Below, in pieces: positions 63,476-64,000 of a DNA stretch of 64,000 bases (position 1 is the stretch's first letter; each line of letters opens with the position of its first letter). Under the pieces are notes generated by a model. It saw only the letters and a program-made list of their open reading frames with translations, was not told the origin of the DNA and searched no databases. The position numbers were made by a program, and so were the translations under genes. The stretch covers positions 7,874,001 through 7,938,000 of the forward strand of contig JBHGNT010000007.1 in the NCBI GenBank assembly GCA_043228905.1. Direction: 5' to 3'. This stretch comes from Azolla caroliniana. Lineage: Eukaryota; Plantae; Polypodiophyta.

Positions 63476-64000
63476 TCCTTTTCTTTGTATGAGATGCATG
63501 TCCTCTAAATGAGTTTCCACTAAAATGAGATTTGCACTAATTCTTGAGAGGTAGGAAATGATATCTTAGTCTCTCACGTTGATAGGCATCAGTTTTTCTG
63601 TAGCCTACAACAACGCATATATGACAACTTGACATGGTTTGGGTTCACACAAAGGGGACACAAAAGTAGTGTGAATGTGGAATTACAAATACTTTTATTA
63701 ATGCTTCAATATAAGCAAGTGATAATGAAAGTTACGTGGAGGGAGATGCTGGGAAATCATGTAAGAGATTTTGAAACGTATATAAGCTACCAGATGTGAG
63801 TGCCAAGGACCATACGCATGCAAATTGTCTTTGTTGCAATAGAAGGCATATCACCCATCTAGAGTAGTATTAACGTGTCTCATAACCAAATGTAGGAATC
63901 ATGTTCAAGGATGAATTGATAGGGGGTGGTTCTGTCATGAGGCCATTTGAGGTTCGTGTAAAGTGATCTATGTCCTCGCCTAGTATCAACTATTAGACTT

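Overview
Eukaryotic land-plant genomic DNA with spliceosomal GT-AG introns. It is probably from a non-seed plant such as a fern; this is inferred from the Tcn1-like and tRNA-Trp-primed Gypsy elements, not proven. Two host genes flank about 50 kb of nested mobile DNA: the 5' part of TAF15b (minus strand, left) and a complete CSP41b/CRB gene (plus strand, right). The mobile DNA includes Copia and Gypsy LTR retrotransposons, solo LTRs, a LINE fragment and a hAT transposon. PPR and patellin pseudogene relics and three decayed tRNA-Arg(ACG) copies are also present. The most striking object is a 9.2-kb cut-and-paste DNA transposon at 33053-42250, with 36-bp TIRs and a 4-bp TSD (CGAA). It encodes an uninterrupted 939-aa Sola1-like transposase. 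It also carries a divergently transcribed, six-exon cargo gene that fuses a ParB/Srx-like domain to a bacterial-type beta-class N6A/N4C DNA methyltransferase (DIPY...FSGTG). The first intron of this gene holds a phased array of 25-bp palindromes at a 51-bp period, reminiscent of parS/operator sites. A second, diverged and truncated copy of the cargo gene with the same TIR lies at 51240-53395. Family assignments come from motif recognition by eye; no database searches were run.
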